From contig JAFRXI010000018.1 of NCBI GenBank assembly GCA_017437755.1, forward strand, positions 24,325 through 88,324: a DNA stretch of 64,000 nt. The letters are read 5' to 3'. This document shows, piece after piece, positions 9,078-18,802 of this stretch. Positions within the stretch are counted from its first letter, which is position 1, and every line of letters starts with the position of its first letter. The notes below the pieces were generated by a model. That model was not told the origin of the DNA. It searched no databases and saw only the letters and a list, made by a program, of their open reading frames with translations. The stretch is from Bacteroidales bacterium (lineage in GTDB: Bacteria > Bacteroidota > Bacteroidia > Bacteroidales > UBA932). Both the position numbers and the translations under genes were made by a program.

Positions 9078-10589
9078 ATGAACAGGTTATCTTTACTTGC
9101 GACTATAGGCCTGCTGTCCTTCTGCTCCTGCTCCTGCGGGGGTGGGGAGGATATGCCGGAGCAGACCCCCGGAAAGGATACCGATCCGGTGGAGACCGTA
9201 GAGGACGGCGCCGCTGCCTGGACAACCACCTTCGACAAGTCCAGGGCATTCCAGAAGAGCACCATCGCCTTCGGGAAGGCCGCCACCATGTCGCCGTACG
9301 CGGTCCGTTTCACTGACACTGCGTACCAGAGCGTGGACGGATTCGGCCTTGCGGTGACTCAGGCTTCGTGCTACGTACTCCTGAAGATGACCCAGCAGGA
9401 CCGTACCAAACTCCTCAAGGAGATGTTCTCTCCCACGGAGGGAGCAGGCAGCAGCCTCATCCGCGTATGCATCGGCGGATCGGACTTCTCAATGTCGGAA
9501 TATACCTGGTGCGACACCGAGGGAATCTCCAATTTCAAGATTCACGACAGTGAGTATCAGTATCTTTTCCCCATCCTCGACGAGATCTACGCCATCAATC
9601 CCGACGTGCAGATCATAGGTTCTCCCTGGAGCTGTCCCCGCTGGATGAAAATGGATGTGGCCGGCAATGGAAACGCCTTCAACAGCTGGACTTCCGGCCG
9701 CCTGAATCCCAAGTATTACGCGGATTATGCCCAGTATTTCGTGGGCTGGATCCAGGCCATGGAGAAGCGCGGCTACAAGGTCCTGGCCGTTACCCTGCAG
9801 AACGAGCCCCTTAACCACGGCAATTCCATGTCGCTCTACATGCCATGGGAAGACCAGAGGGATTTTGTCAAGGTTGTCGGTCCGGCATTCAAGTCCAATG
9901 GCATCAAGGCCAAGATCCTGCTGTTCGACCATAACTACAATTACGACAACCAGGCGGGCCAGAAGGAGTATCCGCTCCAGATATACAAGGACTCCGAGGC
10001 GTCGAAGTATGCCGCCGGAAGCGCCTGGCACAACTACGGCGGGTCGGTGTCGGAGCTGGACAAGATCCACGATTCCGCCCCCGACAAGGATATTTACTTT
10101 ACCGAAGCATCCATCGGCCAGTGGAATTACGGCCAGCCCGGCAGGGGATTCGCCTCGCTTTTCGAGGAGGATTTCCGCGACATCTTCCTTGGCACCCTGA
10201 GCCGTTACGGCAAGGGCGTAACCCTTTGGAATATGGCTTTGGACGACGAGGGAAAACCCTACCGTCCGGGAGGATGCCCCACCTGTTACGGTGCCATATC
10301 CATCAACCACAACGGGTGGACCTATGCAGGTGCCGACCGCAAATCCCACTGGTATGACGTCCTTCACGCCTCGGTGGCGGTTAAGCCCGGAGCGGTCCGC
10401 ATCGGAACCGACGGATTCACAAAGAACGGGATGACCTACCTGGCGTTCCGCAACACCGACGGTTCCTATGGCGTGCTCATCCTGAATTCAAATTCGGATG
10501 ACCAGCAGCTGGTATTTGCGACCGACGCGCATTCCGTTCCGGTGAATGTGCCCGGCAAGTCAGTAGTATCGTTAAAATGGAAAGATTAA
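9078..10589 (+). CDS. GH30 lipoprotein, probably subfamily 3 endo-beta-1,6-glucanase
   Basis: IRVCIGGSDFS, SPWSCPRWMK, TLQNEP (acid/base), FTEASIG (nucleophile). Gene order matches the BT3309-BT3313 type locus. Confidence 0.88.
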   Translation: MNRLSLLATIGLLSFCSCSCGGGEDMPEQTPGKDTDPVETVEDGAAAWTTTFDKSRAFQKSTIAFGKAATMSPYAVRFTDTAYQSVDGFGLAVTQASCYVLLKMTQQDRTKLLKEMFSPTEGAGSSLIRVCIGGSDFSMSEYTWCDTEGISNFKIHDSEYQYLFPILDEIYAINPDVQIIGSPWSCPRWMKMDVAGNGNAFNSWTSGRLNPKYYADYAQYFVGWIQAMEKRGYKVLAVTLQNEPLNHGNSMSLYMPWEDQRDFVKVVGPAFKSNGIKAKILLFDHNYNYDNQAGQKEYPLQIYKDSEASKYAAGSAWHNYGGSVSELDKIHDSAPDKDIYFTEASIGQWNYGQPGRGFASLFEEDFRDIFLGTLSRYGKGVTLWNMALDDEGKPYRPGGCPTCYGAISINHNGWTYAGADRKSHWYDVLHASVAVKPGAVRIGTDGFTKNGMTYLAFRNTDGSYGVLILNSNSDDQQLVFATDAHSVPVNVPGKSVVSLKWKD

Positions 10590-10591
10590 AT

Positions 10592-12589
10592 ATGAAAAAG
10601 TTATTTGTTATCCTTCTCGCAGGATCTCTGGCCGTGGTTTCATGCCGGGAGAAAGAGCCCCCCTTCGTTACAACCGACAAGGGTCCGGTCCAGACCATCA
10701 CCTGTGACGCATCGGCCCTGATGGGCGACCGGTTCAACTTCTCGGTCGACCTCAAGGACCAGATAGCCCTGTCCACCCTCAAGGTGGAACTCCTCTTCGA
10801 CGAGTCCGTGGTGGCCTCCAAGACCATCCGTACCAAGGAGGAGGGGACCTACGAGGATTACCTGGAAGTTCCTTTCTACAAGAACGTTCCGGACGGCGTG
10901 GCTACCGCCAGGTTCACCTCGCAGAACATCCAGTTCGGCCTTACCGTCGAGGACAAGGACGTAAGGGTCACCCGTCCCGACTTCGCCTACCTTACCCTCA
11001 AGGCCGCCGACGGCAGTGAGTACAGGATGGAGAAGAAGGAAAACTACGTCTATGCCGTGACTGGGAATTTCCCCGCAGCGGTTGACGCCTTCATCGAAAC
11101 CGCACCATACGGAACGCAGAACCGTACCCTTACCTTCGGGTATGACGCTACCGGCGTGGCCCTGGACGGCGGCAAGGTGATCCCGTTCTCAAACGGCGTG
11201 GCCGGCAATTACGAGATATCCTTCAACACCAAGACCTGGGAGGCGTCCCCGTTCATCAAACTCGAAGTCAACGGCGTTGAAACCGTAATGGCCGAGAAGG
11301 ACGTCTATACCGCCGTGGTCAATGTCAAGAAAGGCGATGTGATAACCATTACCGGTTACGAGCCCGGCTTTGACGACTTCACCTTCGATCCCGACTTCAT
11401 CACCGAAGACAGGAAGTTCGCCGCCCTCGAAGGCCTGTACAAGTTCTCCATCCGCATGGCGGACAAGTGGGTGATAGTTGACAGGATGGCTTCCAGCAGC
11501 GCCCTGGCCACCCTCGGCACCGACGGACACGGCGCCGTATGGATCATCGGCGACAGTTGCTTCGGCAAGCCGGCCATCTTCACCGCCAGCTGGAACACCA
11601 GCTTTGCCGTGTGCATGGCCGAGGTTGAGGACAAGGTCTACCAGGCCACCCTGGTGGGCGGCTTCCAGATCAAGACCGACAACGTAAACATCAAGTTCTT
11701 CCACCAGAAGGGCTGGGGCGGCGAATTCAAGAAGGAGAATTACGCTTCCATCGACAACGCCATCCTCGACATCCCGTCCGACGACGGAAACATCCGTCTT
11801 GCCGAGGGTGTGAAGCTCGAACTGGGCGGAATCTACCGCCTGGTCCTCGACCTCACCGGTGGCAACAGCGCCGCCAAGTTCTCCTGCACCAAGGTAGGAC
11901 AGCAGGAAGTGGAGCTTCCCAAGATGACCGTCAACGGAGTCGAGCTTGAAGGCGGCCCCACCGATTTCTCGGCCGAGGTCGACCTGACCCAGGGTTCCAC
12001 AGTGGCGCTCAGCAACGTCGACGGTCTGGCCTCTTACTGGATCGATCCCGACTTCTGCTCGGCGGCAGGGAAGTTCCTTGCTGTGAGCGGCAAATACAAG
12101 GTGATGCTGAATACCGCCGACAAGACCATCATGGCACGCAGGGTGACCGCATCAGGCGGAGCTCCCAACCTTGAGGAAGGCGGCCTGTACATCCAGGGCT
12201 GGGGAGTTTCCGGGTTCAAGATGACCTCGCAGGTGGGCTGGCCCGGCGCGGGCGGCTACCAGCTGGCCCAGGTTGCTCCCGGCAAGTTCCAGATGACCGG
12301 CAAGGCTGTGGCTGAAACCAGCGCTGAAATCGGCGGCAAGTTCCGTTACGACTATATTTCCGCCAAGTATTTCTTCCAGGACAACTGGGGCGGAGAAGCC
12401 TCCAAGGGTGTGACCATCAGCGGAAATGCCGCAGAACTTCTGAAGCAGGGCAGCGACGCCAATTTCGGCCTCGCATCCAACCTTGAGGAAGGCGCGACCT
12501 ACCGTCTCACCGTGGATTTCTCGGAATGCACAATCTCCGGAAACAGCATAACCGCTGGAAAGGAAACAGTACAGTTTGATAAATTATGA
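10592..12589 (+). CDS. Surface glycan-binding lipoprotein (DUF5125/DUF5121-like, BT3313-like)
   Basis: Lipobox VVSC; LSTLKVELLF, IKFFHQKGWGGEF and WIDPDF motifs; position after GH30. Confidence 0.8.
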   Translation: MKKLFVILLAGSLAVVSCREKEPPFVTTDKGPVQTITCDASALMGDRFNFSVDLKDQIALSTLKVELLFDESVVASKTIRTKEEGTYEDYLEVPFYKNVPDGVATARFTSQNIQFGLTVEDKDVRVTRPDFAYLTLKAADGSEYRMEKKENYVYAVTGNFPAAVDAFIETAPYGTQNRTLTFGYDATGVALDGGKVIPFSNGVAGNYEISFNTKTWEASPFIKLEVNGVETVMAEKDVYTAVVNVKKGDVITITGYEPGFDDFTFDPDFITEDRKFAALEGLYKFSIRMADKWVIVDRMASSSALATLGTDGHGAVWIIGDSCFGKPAIFTASWNTSFAVCMAEVEDKVYQATLVGGFQIKTDNVNIKFFHQKGWGGEFKKENYASIDNAILDIPSDDGNIRLAEGVKLELGGIYRLVLDLTGGNSAAKFSCTKVGQQEVELPKMTVNGVELEGGPTDFSAEVDLTQGSTVALSNVDGLASYWIDPDFCSAAGKFLAVSGKYKVMLNTADKTIMARRVTASGGAPNLEEGGLYIQGWGVSGFKMTSQVGWPGAGGYQLAQVAPGKFQMTGKAVAETSAEIGGKFRYDYISAKYFFQDNWGGEASKGVTISGNAAELLKQGSDANFGLASNLEEGATYRLTVDFSECTISGNSITAGKETVQFDKL

Positions 12590-15500
12590 GAACCAGACTC
12601 CTTTTGACACTGGGTACCCTGGCAGTCCTCTTGGGATGTGCCAGGGAAACCCTTGAGAATGAGAGGCTTGTCCCCCAGGGCAACACCACCCTGAGGGCAA
12701 CAGTCTCCGAGGCGGTCCAGAGCAGGACGGCCTTTACCGACGCAGGCGCTTTCTCCTGGACAGCGGCCGACGCCATCTCGGTATACACCACCAAGGGGGC
12801 TTTCCGGAGGTTCACCCTCACGGGTGGCGACGGGACGGCCAGCGGCGTATTCACCGGCGACTTTACCGACGAGACCTCTTCCACCCTGGCCGTGTATCCG
12901 GCGTCGGAAAGCCATTCCCTCAGCGGGAATGCCCTTACCCTTCATCTTGACGAAAGCTATACATGGTCGGAGGACCTGAATTCCCATGCCCCCATGATGG
13001 CGGTCATCGCCTCCGATGGGGCGGAAAGCTTCTCGTTCAAGCATCTGGGAGGCATCCTGAAGGTTAGTTTCTCCAACGTGCCCGCAACGGCGACGAAGTT
13101 CGTCTTCACCGCCGAGGGCCGCAAGGTCAGCGGCGATTTCTCCGTTGCCGACATCACAGAGGAAAACGCAGTGATAGCAACGGCCGCCTCGGAAGAAGGC
13201 AACACCGTTACCATCAACATCCCCAAGGCTTCGGCGGAGATGGCGTTCTATGTCCCGCTCCCTACCGGTACCTATCCCGGTTTCAGCGTGGAACTGTTTG
13301 ACGCCGCCGGCAACCCGCTGGTCATGAAGACCCGTTATTCCGAGATAACCATTGCCCGGAAGGACCTGGTACTCATGAAGTTGATTGCAGGGGCTGCGAC
13401 CAACGGCAAGAAGTTGCTCTTTGACTTCGGCCACAAGAACGACGGAAACTGCCCTGCAACCACCTCTCCCGATGCCAACGGAAACTACTGGAACAACATC
13501 GAGAAGGCTTCGTCCGGCAAGAACGGGAACGGCCTCTCCTTCGACCTGGCCTATTCCGACAACTCCGCCACCCCTTATAAGCTGACCCTCCTCACCGATT
13601 TCTGGAGCAACGGAAAGGCAAACGGCGGACTTGCCGTGATTTCCGACGCCACGGCAGCGGCTCTCGGCGACCTTGCGATAGTGACCGCGACCCAGGACTA
13701 TTTCTTCTCGCAGGGCGCAGCCGTATCGTGCACCTTCGAGCTGTCCGGCCTCAACCCCGCCAAGGGCTACAAGTTCCACCTGTTCGGAAGCCGTGCCTCC
13801 ACAGTCGCGGACCAGAAACGCGAGGCAAAGTACGCAATCGCGGGCGCCAATGCCTTTGAGGGCCTGCTCTGCATCACCGGACCCGGTGAAAAGGGAACCC
13901 AGAACACCACCGACGTGCTGGAGTCGGATATCATCTATCCCAAGCCCGACGGAACCATCAAGCTGACGCTTTCCAAGGGAACCAATTCCCAGGCCTCCGG
14001 CACAAACGAGTATTACCAGCTCAACTGCATGAAGGTGGAGGAATTCGAAGGCGGACAGATCCCCGTGACTGTGAACTACACAGCCCTCGAGGTAACTTCC
14101 GCCGAAGAGACCTTCCTGATGCACAGGGTGGAGGGCGACGCCAATATCTTCGAGGGTGTCTCCTCCTTCTCTTCGGGCGAGGTTCCCATGAAGGGAATCA
14201 CCGACAAGGGCGTTGAGGTTCCCCTCACCGCCACATCCACGGTCGACGGAGTCGCTTACCTCGTGGCCGACCTGGACAAGGCCGAATACACCTTCACCGC
14301 CGTAGATGCAATCCTCGCCCAGGGTCCCGCGATCCTCGGCTGGAGCAATTCCAACGGTGCCACCCTCGATTACAAGGGAGCCGGCGTGTTCTCGGGAACC
14401 GCCCTGGAGTTCGGCGGCAACGGCGCACCCAAGTACGACCGTTCGCAGTCGTTCAACTTTGTGAAGAAGGGTGCATGGAGTCCGACCTTCAAGAGGGTGA
14501 CCGGGACCAGGCGCGACATCGAGGCCAGCACCTACGGCACGACCCAGGACATCAACCTGAATCCGGGGGTGTACGACGTGTCGCTCGACCTCAGGAACTT
14601 CAAGTACGAGATGGCGCACCACGGCGACCTGGATCCCGACCGTATCACGGTGATGGGCTCCTCGGTCCCTTACGGCCAGGGTGCGACCAACAAGCACGGA
14701 TACATCTGGCTGTATGAGGACGTCCTCAAGGCCCGCACCGGCAACAGCTGGTACATCTCCAACCTCTCCGTTTCCGGAAACAACACCACGACCCTCGGCG
14801 AGAGGTTCGACGAGGAGACCGTGGACGGTGGCAAATACCTCATCGTGGCCCTGTCGCTGGGCAACGAGGGACTTGCCTCGGCAACCACATCCTCCGCTAT
14901 GGAAACGCTTTACAATCAGTGGGAAAACCGGGTCATGCTGGATTCCGACAGCTTTGTGAAGACGGCCCGCGCGGAAGGGAAGCAGGTGGTGGTCACGGGC
15001 AACTATGCCAACAACGGCTACAATTCCGACCACTATTCCTGGATACGCCAGATCAACCTCGACATACAGCAGTGGGACGTTCCGTCGGTCAACCTGATGG
15101 GTGCAATCGACGACGGTACCGGCAAATGGGCCGCAGGGTATTACGACGATGCCCTCCATCCCAACGATGCCGGCCATCTTGAAATGGCCTGTGCCGTGGT
15201 TCCGTCGCTGTTTGACGCCCTCAAGGCCGGAAAAGCCCAGCCAGTGAGGAGCGCCTCCGGCAGCTATACCCTCTCCAACCGCCAGGTTATCGCCGTGGAA
15301 CCCGAAGGCAGGATCCATCCGTTTACTATTTCCTTCGGCGTAAAGACCACCGCGGCCGGAAGCATCCTTACCTTCTTCAACGGTGAGGAGGCCAGGACGG
15401 TCTCCGTATCCGCGTCCGGTACCCTTACCTATGGAACGGTTACCGGCACCAGGGCGGTGAACGACGGGGCATGGCACCAGGTCACCCTGACGCATTTCTA

Positions 15501-16476
15501 TGCCCGCGGCGAAACCCTCCTGTACGTGGACGGCCTGCTTCAGGGCAGCGTTTCGGAGAAGGTCCTTACCACGGCGTTCTACGTGGGATATGCCGGAGCG
15601 GCAACCCAGGCTTCCTGGAGGGAGATTTTCTTCTGGCGCAGCGGTATGAACGCCGACGAGGTGTCGGCAATTTCTTACGGAAAGATGCTTAAGTCCTCGC
15701 TCGAGTTCTACGCACCGCTGGACGGCGCCCTTACCAACCTTGCACAGAGCACGAACACCCTGGACATCGCCGACGGCGCATCCCTCGTCCCGGCCGAGGA
15801 TACCACTCCCCGCCTCAACGGCGAGGCCCTCACCGAGGCAGCGGGAGTCGCCTCCATCGGCAAGATATCCCTGACCCAGGGGGCGACCCTCACCCTCAGC
15901 AATCTTGGCCAGGTGAGCGACTACTGGTGGGATCCGGACTACTTTGAGGTGAACGGTTCAACCGTGACCTTCCTTGCAGTCAGCGGCGACTACGACGTCG
16001 CCTTCCACCCCGGTTACGTGACCGCCGGCAGGGTAACCTCCGACGGAAACAAGCCAAACATCGAGAACGGCGGCCTCTACCTTCTGGGCTGGGGCGTAGC
16101 CAACCCGATGATGAACGGCGGACAGTTCGGCTGGACCCTTTCCAATGCCTACCGCATAGCCCAGGTGGCGGCCAACGTCTACCAGTTCTCCGGCTATGCC
16201 GTAGCCGAGACCAGCGACCTCATAGGCGGGCGTTTCCGTACCGACTATACCGACGGCAAATACTTTTATGCCTATAATTCCTGGGACGGCCAGGGCCCGG
16301 TGACCTTCACCGAGAGGGCTGCGGAACTGCTGGTGCAAAGCAGCGGGAACAACTTCAATTACGCCAAGAACCTCGAGGAGGGGGCATTCTACGTGCTCAG
16401 GATCGATTTCTCCGGCTGCACGATATCCGGGACAACCGTAACTGGCACCCCTACCGTTGATTTCTATAAAAAGTAG
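12586..16476 (+). CDS. Multidomain lipoprotein: fimbrillin (Mfa-like) domain, beta-sandwich, SGNH/GDSL esterase, LamG-like domain, and a copy of the upstream SGBP C-terminal domain
   Basis: Lipobox LLGC; SRTAF..SWTAADAISV, AVYP, FKHLGGILKV (fimbrillin-like); VMGSSVPYG/SGNN/LGNEG/DALHPN (SGNH); DGAWHQVTLT..LYVDG (LamG). C-terminus resembles the protein encoded at 11918-12586. Confidence 0.8.
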   Translation: MRTRLLLTLGTLAVLLGCARETLENERLVPQGNTTLRATVSEAVQSRTAFTDAGAFSWTAADAISVYTTKGAFRRFTLTGGDGTASGVFTGDFTDETSSTLAVYPASESHSLSGNALTLHLDESYTWSEDLNSHAPMMAVIASDGAESFSFKHLGGILKVSFSNVPATATKFVFTAEGRKVSGDFSVADITEENAVIATAASEEGNTVTINIPKASAEMAFYVPLPTGTYPGFSVELFDAAGNPLVMKTRYSEITIARKDLVLMKLIAGAATNGKKLLFDFGHKNDGNCPATTSPDANGNYWNNIEKASSGKNGNGLSFDLAYSDNSATPYKLTLLTDFWSNGKANGGLAVISDATAAALGDLAIVTATQDYFFSQGAAVSCTFELSGLNPAKGYKFHLFGSRASTVADQKREAKYAIAGANAFEGLLCITGPGEKGTQNTTDVLESDIIYPKPDGTIKLTLSKGTNSQASGTNEYYQLNCMKVEEFEGGQIPVTVNYTALEVTSAEETFLMHRVEGDANIFEGVSSFSSGEVPMKGITDKGVEVPLTATSTVDGVAYLVADLDKAEYTFTAVDAILAQGPAILGWSNSNGATLDYKGAGVFSGTALEFGGNGAPKYDRSQSFNFVKKGAWSPTFKRVTGTRRDIEASTYGTTQDINLNPGVYDVSLDLRNFKYEMAHHGDLDPDRITVMGSSVPYGQGATNKHGYIWLYEDVLKARTGNSWYISNLSVSGNNTTTLGERFDEETVDGGKYLIVALSLGNEGLASATTSSAMETLYNQWENRVMLDSDSFVKTARAEGKQVVVTGNYANNGYNSDHYSWIRQINLDIQQWDVPSVNLMGAIDDGTGKWAAGYYDDALHPNDAGHLEMACAVVPSLFDALKAGKAQPVRSASGSYTLSNRQVIAVEPEGRIHPFTISFGVKTTAAGSILTFFNGEEARTVSVSASGTLTYGTVTGTRAVNDGAWHQVTLTHFYARGETLLYVDGLLQGSVSEKVLTTAFYVGYAGAATQASWREIFFWRSGMNADEVSAISYGKMLKSSLEFYAPLDGALTNLAQSTNTLDIADGASLVPAEDTTPRLNGEALTEAAGVASIGKISLTQGATLTLSNLGQVSDYWWDPDYFEVNGSTVTFLAVSGDYDVAFHPGYVTAGRVTSDGNKPNIENGGLYLLGWGVANPMMNGGQFGWTLSNAYRIAQVAANVYQFSGYAVAETSDLIGGRFRTDYTDGKYFYAYNSWDGQGPVTFTERAAELLVQSSGNNFNYAKNLEEGAFYVLRIDFSGCTISGTTVTGTPTVDFYKK

Positions 16477-16481
16477 GAGCC

Positions 16482-16604
16482 ATGGAAAAGAAAATATATA
16501 TCAATCCGGATGTCCGGACCGTGGATTACCGCCTGGAGTATCCAGTGATGTCGCCTGTTTCCAGCGACGGAGAAAACGCCAATCCTTACGAGGAGGATTG
16601 GTAG
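16482..16604 (+). CDS. Unannotated 40-aa YxxP micro-protein MEKKIYINPDVRTVDYRLEYPVMSPVSSDGENANPYEEDW
   Basis: Manual translation. Fills the gap with 5-nt spacers on both sides and shares a pattern with 58444-58578. Confidence 0.8.
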   Translation: MEKKIYINPDVRTVDYRLEYPVMSPVSSDGENANPYEEDW

Positions 16605-16609
16605 GACCG

Positions 16610-17347
16610 GTGGCGGCAGTTCGCATACTGGCGGCGTGGGCTGCCCTGCTTACCCTGGCGGCTTCGTGCCGGACGGGAGAAAGGCAGTCCTGCGCCCCGG
16701 TTGCCGCAGATACCGGATACGATTTTGGAAACATTTCTTTGGACGACGGCCCCGTGTCCTGTACATTCGCGATTGCGAATGACGGCACGGAGCCGTTTTC
16801 CGTCATTTACACCGTACCCTCCTGTGGGTGCGTCGGGGTTGAAGTCCCCGCATCGCCGGTTGTGCCCGGGGATAGCGCTTTGATCCAGGTAACTTACAGT
16901 CACAAGGGACTTCCATCGGTCTTTTCCCATTCGGTGCAGGTTTACCTTTCAAACCGGGTGACCCCGGTCGTCCTGTCGCTGGGGGGTACCGTCCACGGAT
17001 CGAGGCGTATGCTCCGCAAGGAATTCGGCCCTTATGCGACGGGAGACCTTGGCCTCAGGGAGAGGGAATACCGCTCCGCCGACCTTTACCGGGGGTTCTG
17101 CGTGGTGGAACTCGCAACCGTGGCGAACCTCGGCCGGAGGCCGCTGGAAGTTGGTTTTACCGACGTTTCGGACGGACTGGAAATATCCGTTACGCCCAAC
17201 CCGGTTCCTCCGCTATGCACTGCGGAGATGCGAATGACGGTCCATTCAGGACCATCAGTCTCCGGTGAAATCACAAGCCGGGCCACCCCTGTCCTTAACG
17301 GAAAGGTCCAGGGTGGCGGCATCAGTGTTAAAACCAGGATAAAATGA
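16610..17347 (+). CDS. DUF1573-domain lipoprotein (tandem Ig-like domains)
   Basis: YDFGNI..F..ANDG..P..PSCGC motif. Start reassigned to GTG 16610, giving MAAVRILAAWAALLTLAASC. Confidence 0.8.
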   Translation: MAAVRILAAWAALLTLAASCRTGERQSCAPVAADTGYDFGNISLDDGPVSCTFAIANDGTEPFSVIYTVPSCGCVGVEVPASPVVPGDSALIQVTYSHKGLPSVFSHSVQVYLSNRVTPVVLSLGGTVHGSRRMLRKEFGPYATGDLGLREREYRSADLYRGFCVVELATVANLGRRPLEVGFTDVSDGLEISVTPNPVPPLCTAEMRMTVHSGPSVSGEITSRATPVLNGKVQGGGISVKTRIK

Positions 17348-17350
17348 ATC

Positions 17351-18718
17351 TCAGAGGGCGTAACTGAAGCCCTTTACCTTGTCCCAAGCGCCGCGGGTGA
17401 AATCGGGGATTTCCACGGGAACCGAGCCGTTTTCCAGGGATATTGCCGACAGTTCGGTGATGCAGCACCATTCGGCCAGGTCGTATACGTCCATGTCCAG
17501 GGGCAGTCCCCGGTTGAGGCAATACATCAGGCGGTAGTCCATGATGTAGTCCATTCCGCCATGTCCGCCGGCCGCCTTTGCGTCGCTCCGGAGCTCGGGG
17601 GTAAGGATGGGATTGGGGTATTTCGCCATAAGCGAGTCCAGGTCCTTCCCGGTAAATACCAGTTCCTTTCCGGTGGAGTCGAAGGTGACGTCGGCGGTGG
17701 TTCCGCCACCGAGGCAGATCTGCCTGGTGGGATATTTCCCTATATAACCGTCGGTGCCCACAAGCTGATACATACGGCTGTATGGACGCGGGGTCATGAC
17801 ATCGTGCTCCAGCAGGATGGTCTTTCCCTTTGCGGTACGGATCATGGTGGTGGTGACGTCGCCGTTCTTGAAATCATTGCAGGGCTTTCCGTCCCGCGCC
17901 TCTACGTTCCTGGGGCCGTTGAACGGGTCGGTATCCATGGATACCAGGGTTGTGAGGCGGTCGCCACGGTGTATATCGAGGGCCTGGCAGACCGGACCGA
18001 ATCCGTGGGTGGGATAGAGGTCGCCCCTGTGGGTCCGGTTGAAATCAAGCCTCCAGTTTCTCCAGTAGAGGTCCCACCAGGGCTCCAGGTTATGGTTGTA
18101 GGCCCCTTCCACGTGGATTATCTCGCCAAGCACGCCGGCCTGGGCCATGGCGAGTGACTGAAGTTCAAAGAAGTCGTAGCAGCAGTTCTCCAGTATGGTG
18201 CAGTGGCGGCGGGTGCGCTCGGCAGTGTTTACAAGGTCCCAGCAGTCCTTTACGCTCTCGGCCGACGGGACCTCGATGGCCACGTGCTTCCCGTGCTCCA
18301 TGGCGTACAGGGCCACCGGAACGTGGTGCGCCCAGTCGGTGCAAACGTACACCAGGTCCACCGAAGGATCCTCACAGAGTTCCTGATAGGAGGTTTCCCC
18401 GCCGGAATACTCATTGGCGCTCAGGCCCTTGCCGGAGAGGAATTCCAGCATCTTGCCGGTCCTGTCGGGCTCCACGTCGCAGATTGCGGCAATATGGCAG
18501 CCCGGGACCAGGGTGAGGCGCTTGACGGCGCTCGAACCTCTCATGCCCACTCCTACTATTCCGACTCCGACGTCGGGAATGGGATCGGCCGTAAAACCAA
18601 GCATGTCTTCCTGCCCGGCCGGTCGGGAAGGGGTTGCGGTGCGGATTACGGAAGGACCCCTGCCGCAGGACGGCAGGATAAGGCTGACAGCCAGCAGGAT
18701 TATGCAGATCTTTTTCAT
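17351..18718 (-). CDS. GH109-family NAD+-dependent glycosidase (Gfo/Idh/MocA fold), lipoprotein
   Basis: GIVGVGMRG Rossmann motif, GKHVAIEVP, LENCCY, YPTHG, GGHGGMD. Confidence 0.92.
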   Translation of the reverse strand: MKKICIILLAVSLILPSCGRGPSVIRTATPSRPAGQEDMLGFTADPIPDVGVGIVGVGMRGSSAVKRLTLVPGCHIAAICDVEPDRTGKMLEFLSGKGLSANEYSGGETSYQELCEDPSVDLVYVCTDWAHHVPVALYAMEHGKHVAIEVPSAESVKDCWDLVNTAERTRRHCTILENCCYDFFELQSLAMAQAGVLGEIIHVEGAYNHNLEPWWDLYWRNWRLDFNRTHRGDLYPTHGFGPVCQALDIHRGDRLTTLVSMDTDPFNGPRNVEARDGKPCNDFKNGDVTTTMIRTAKGKTILLEHDVMTPRPYSRMYQLVGTDGYIGKYPTRQICLGGGTTADVTFDSTGKELVFTGKDLDSLMAKYPNPILTPELRSDAKAAGGHGGMDYIMDYRLMYCLNRGLPLDMDVYDLAEWCCITELSAISLENGSVPVEIPDFTRGAWDKVKGFSYAL

Positions 18719-18802
18719 AAGGCTAAGGTATGAAGATATTTTTGAAAAGGGGAGGAATAGCGGAAAGATTTTATTATGTTTGCAAACAGGGCTTTGTGTA
18801 AT

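Noticed and set aside
12499-15495. 998-aa minus-strand ORF
   Set aside because: Antisense shadow of the 1296-aa gene with no recognisable motifs. Long shadow ORFs are expected with strong GC3 bias; the same applies to 5214-6323, 6453-7742, 43792-45066 and 49243-50568.
16482-16604. Complete lasso peptide or other RiPP cluster
   Set aside because: No cyclase, transglutaminase-like peptidase, RRE, radical SAM or exporter gene in the window; trans-encoded machinery cannot be excluded.
16457-16609. N-terminal extension of the DUF1573 ORF
   Set aside because: It buries the lipoprotein signal and overlaps the better-supported 40-aa ORF; GTG 16610 is preferred.
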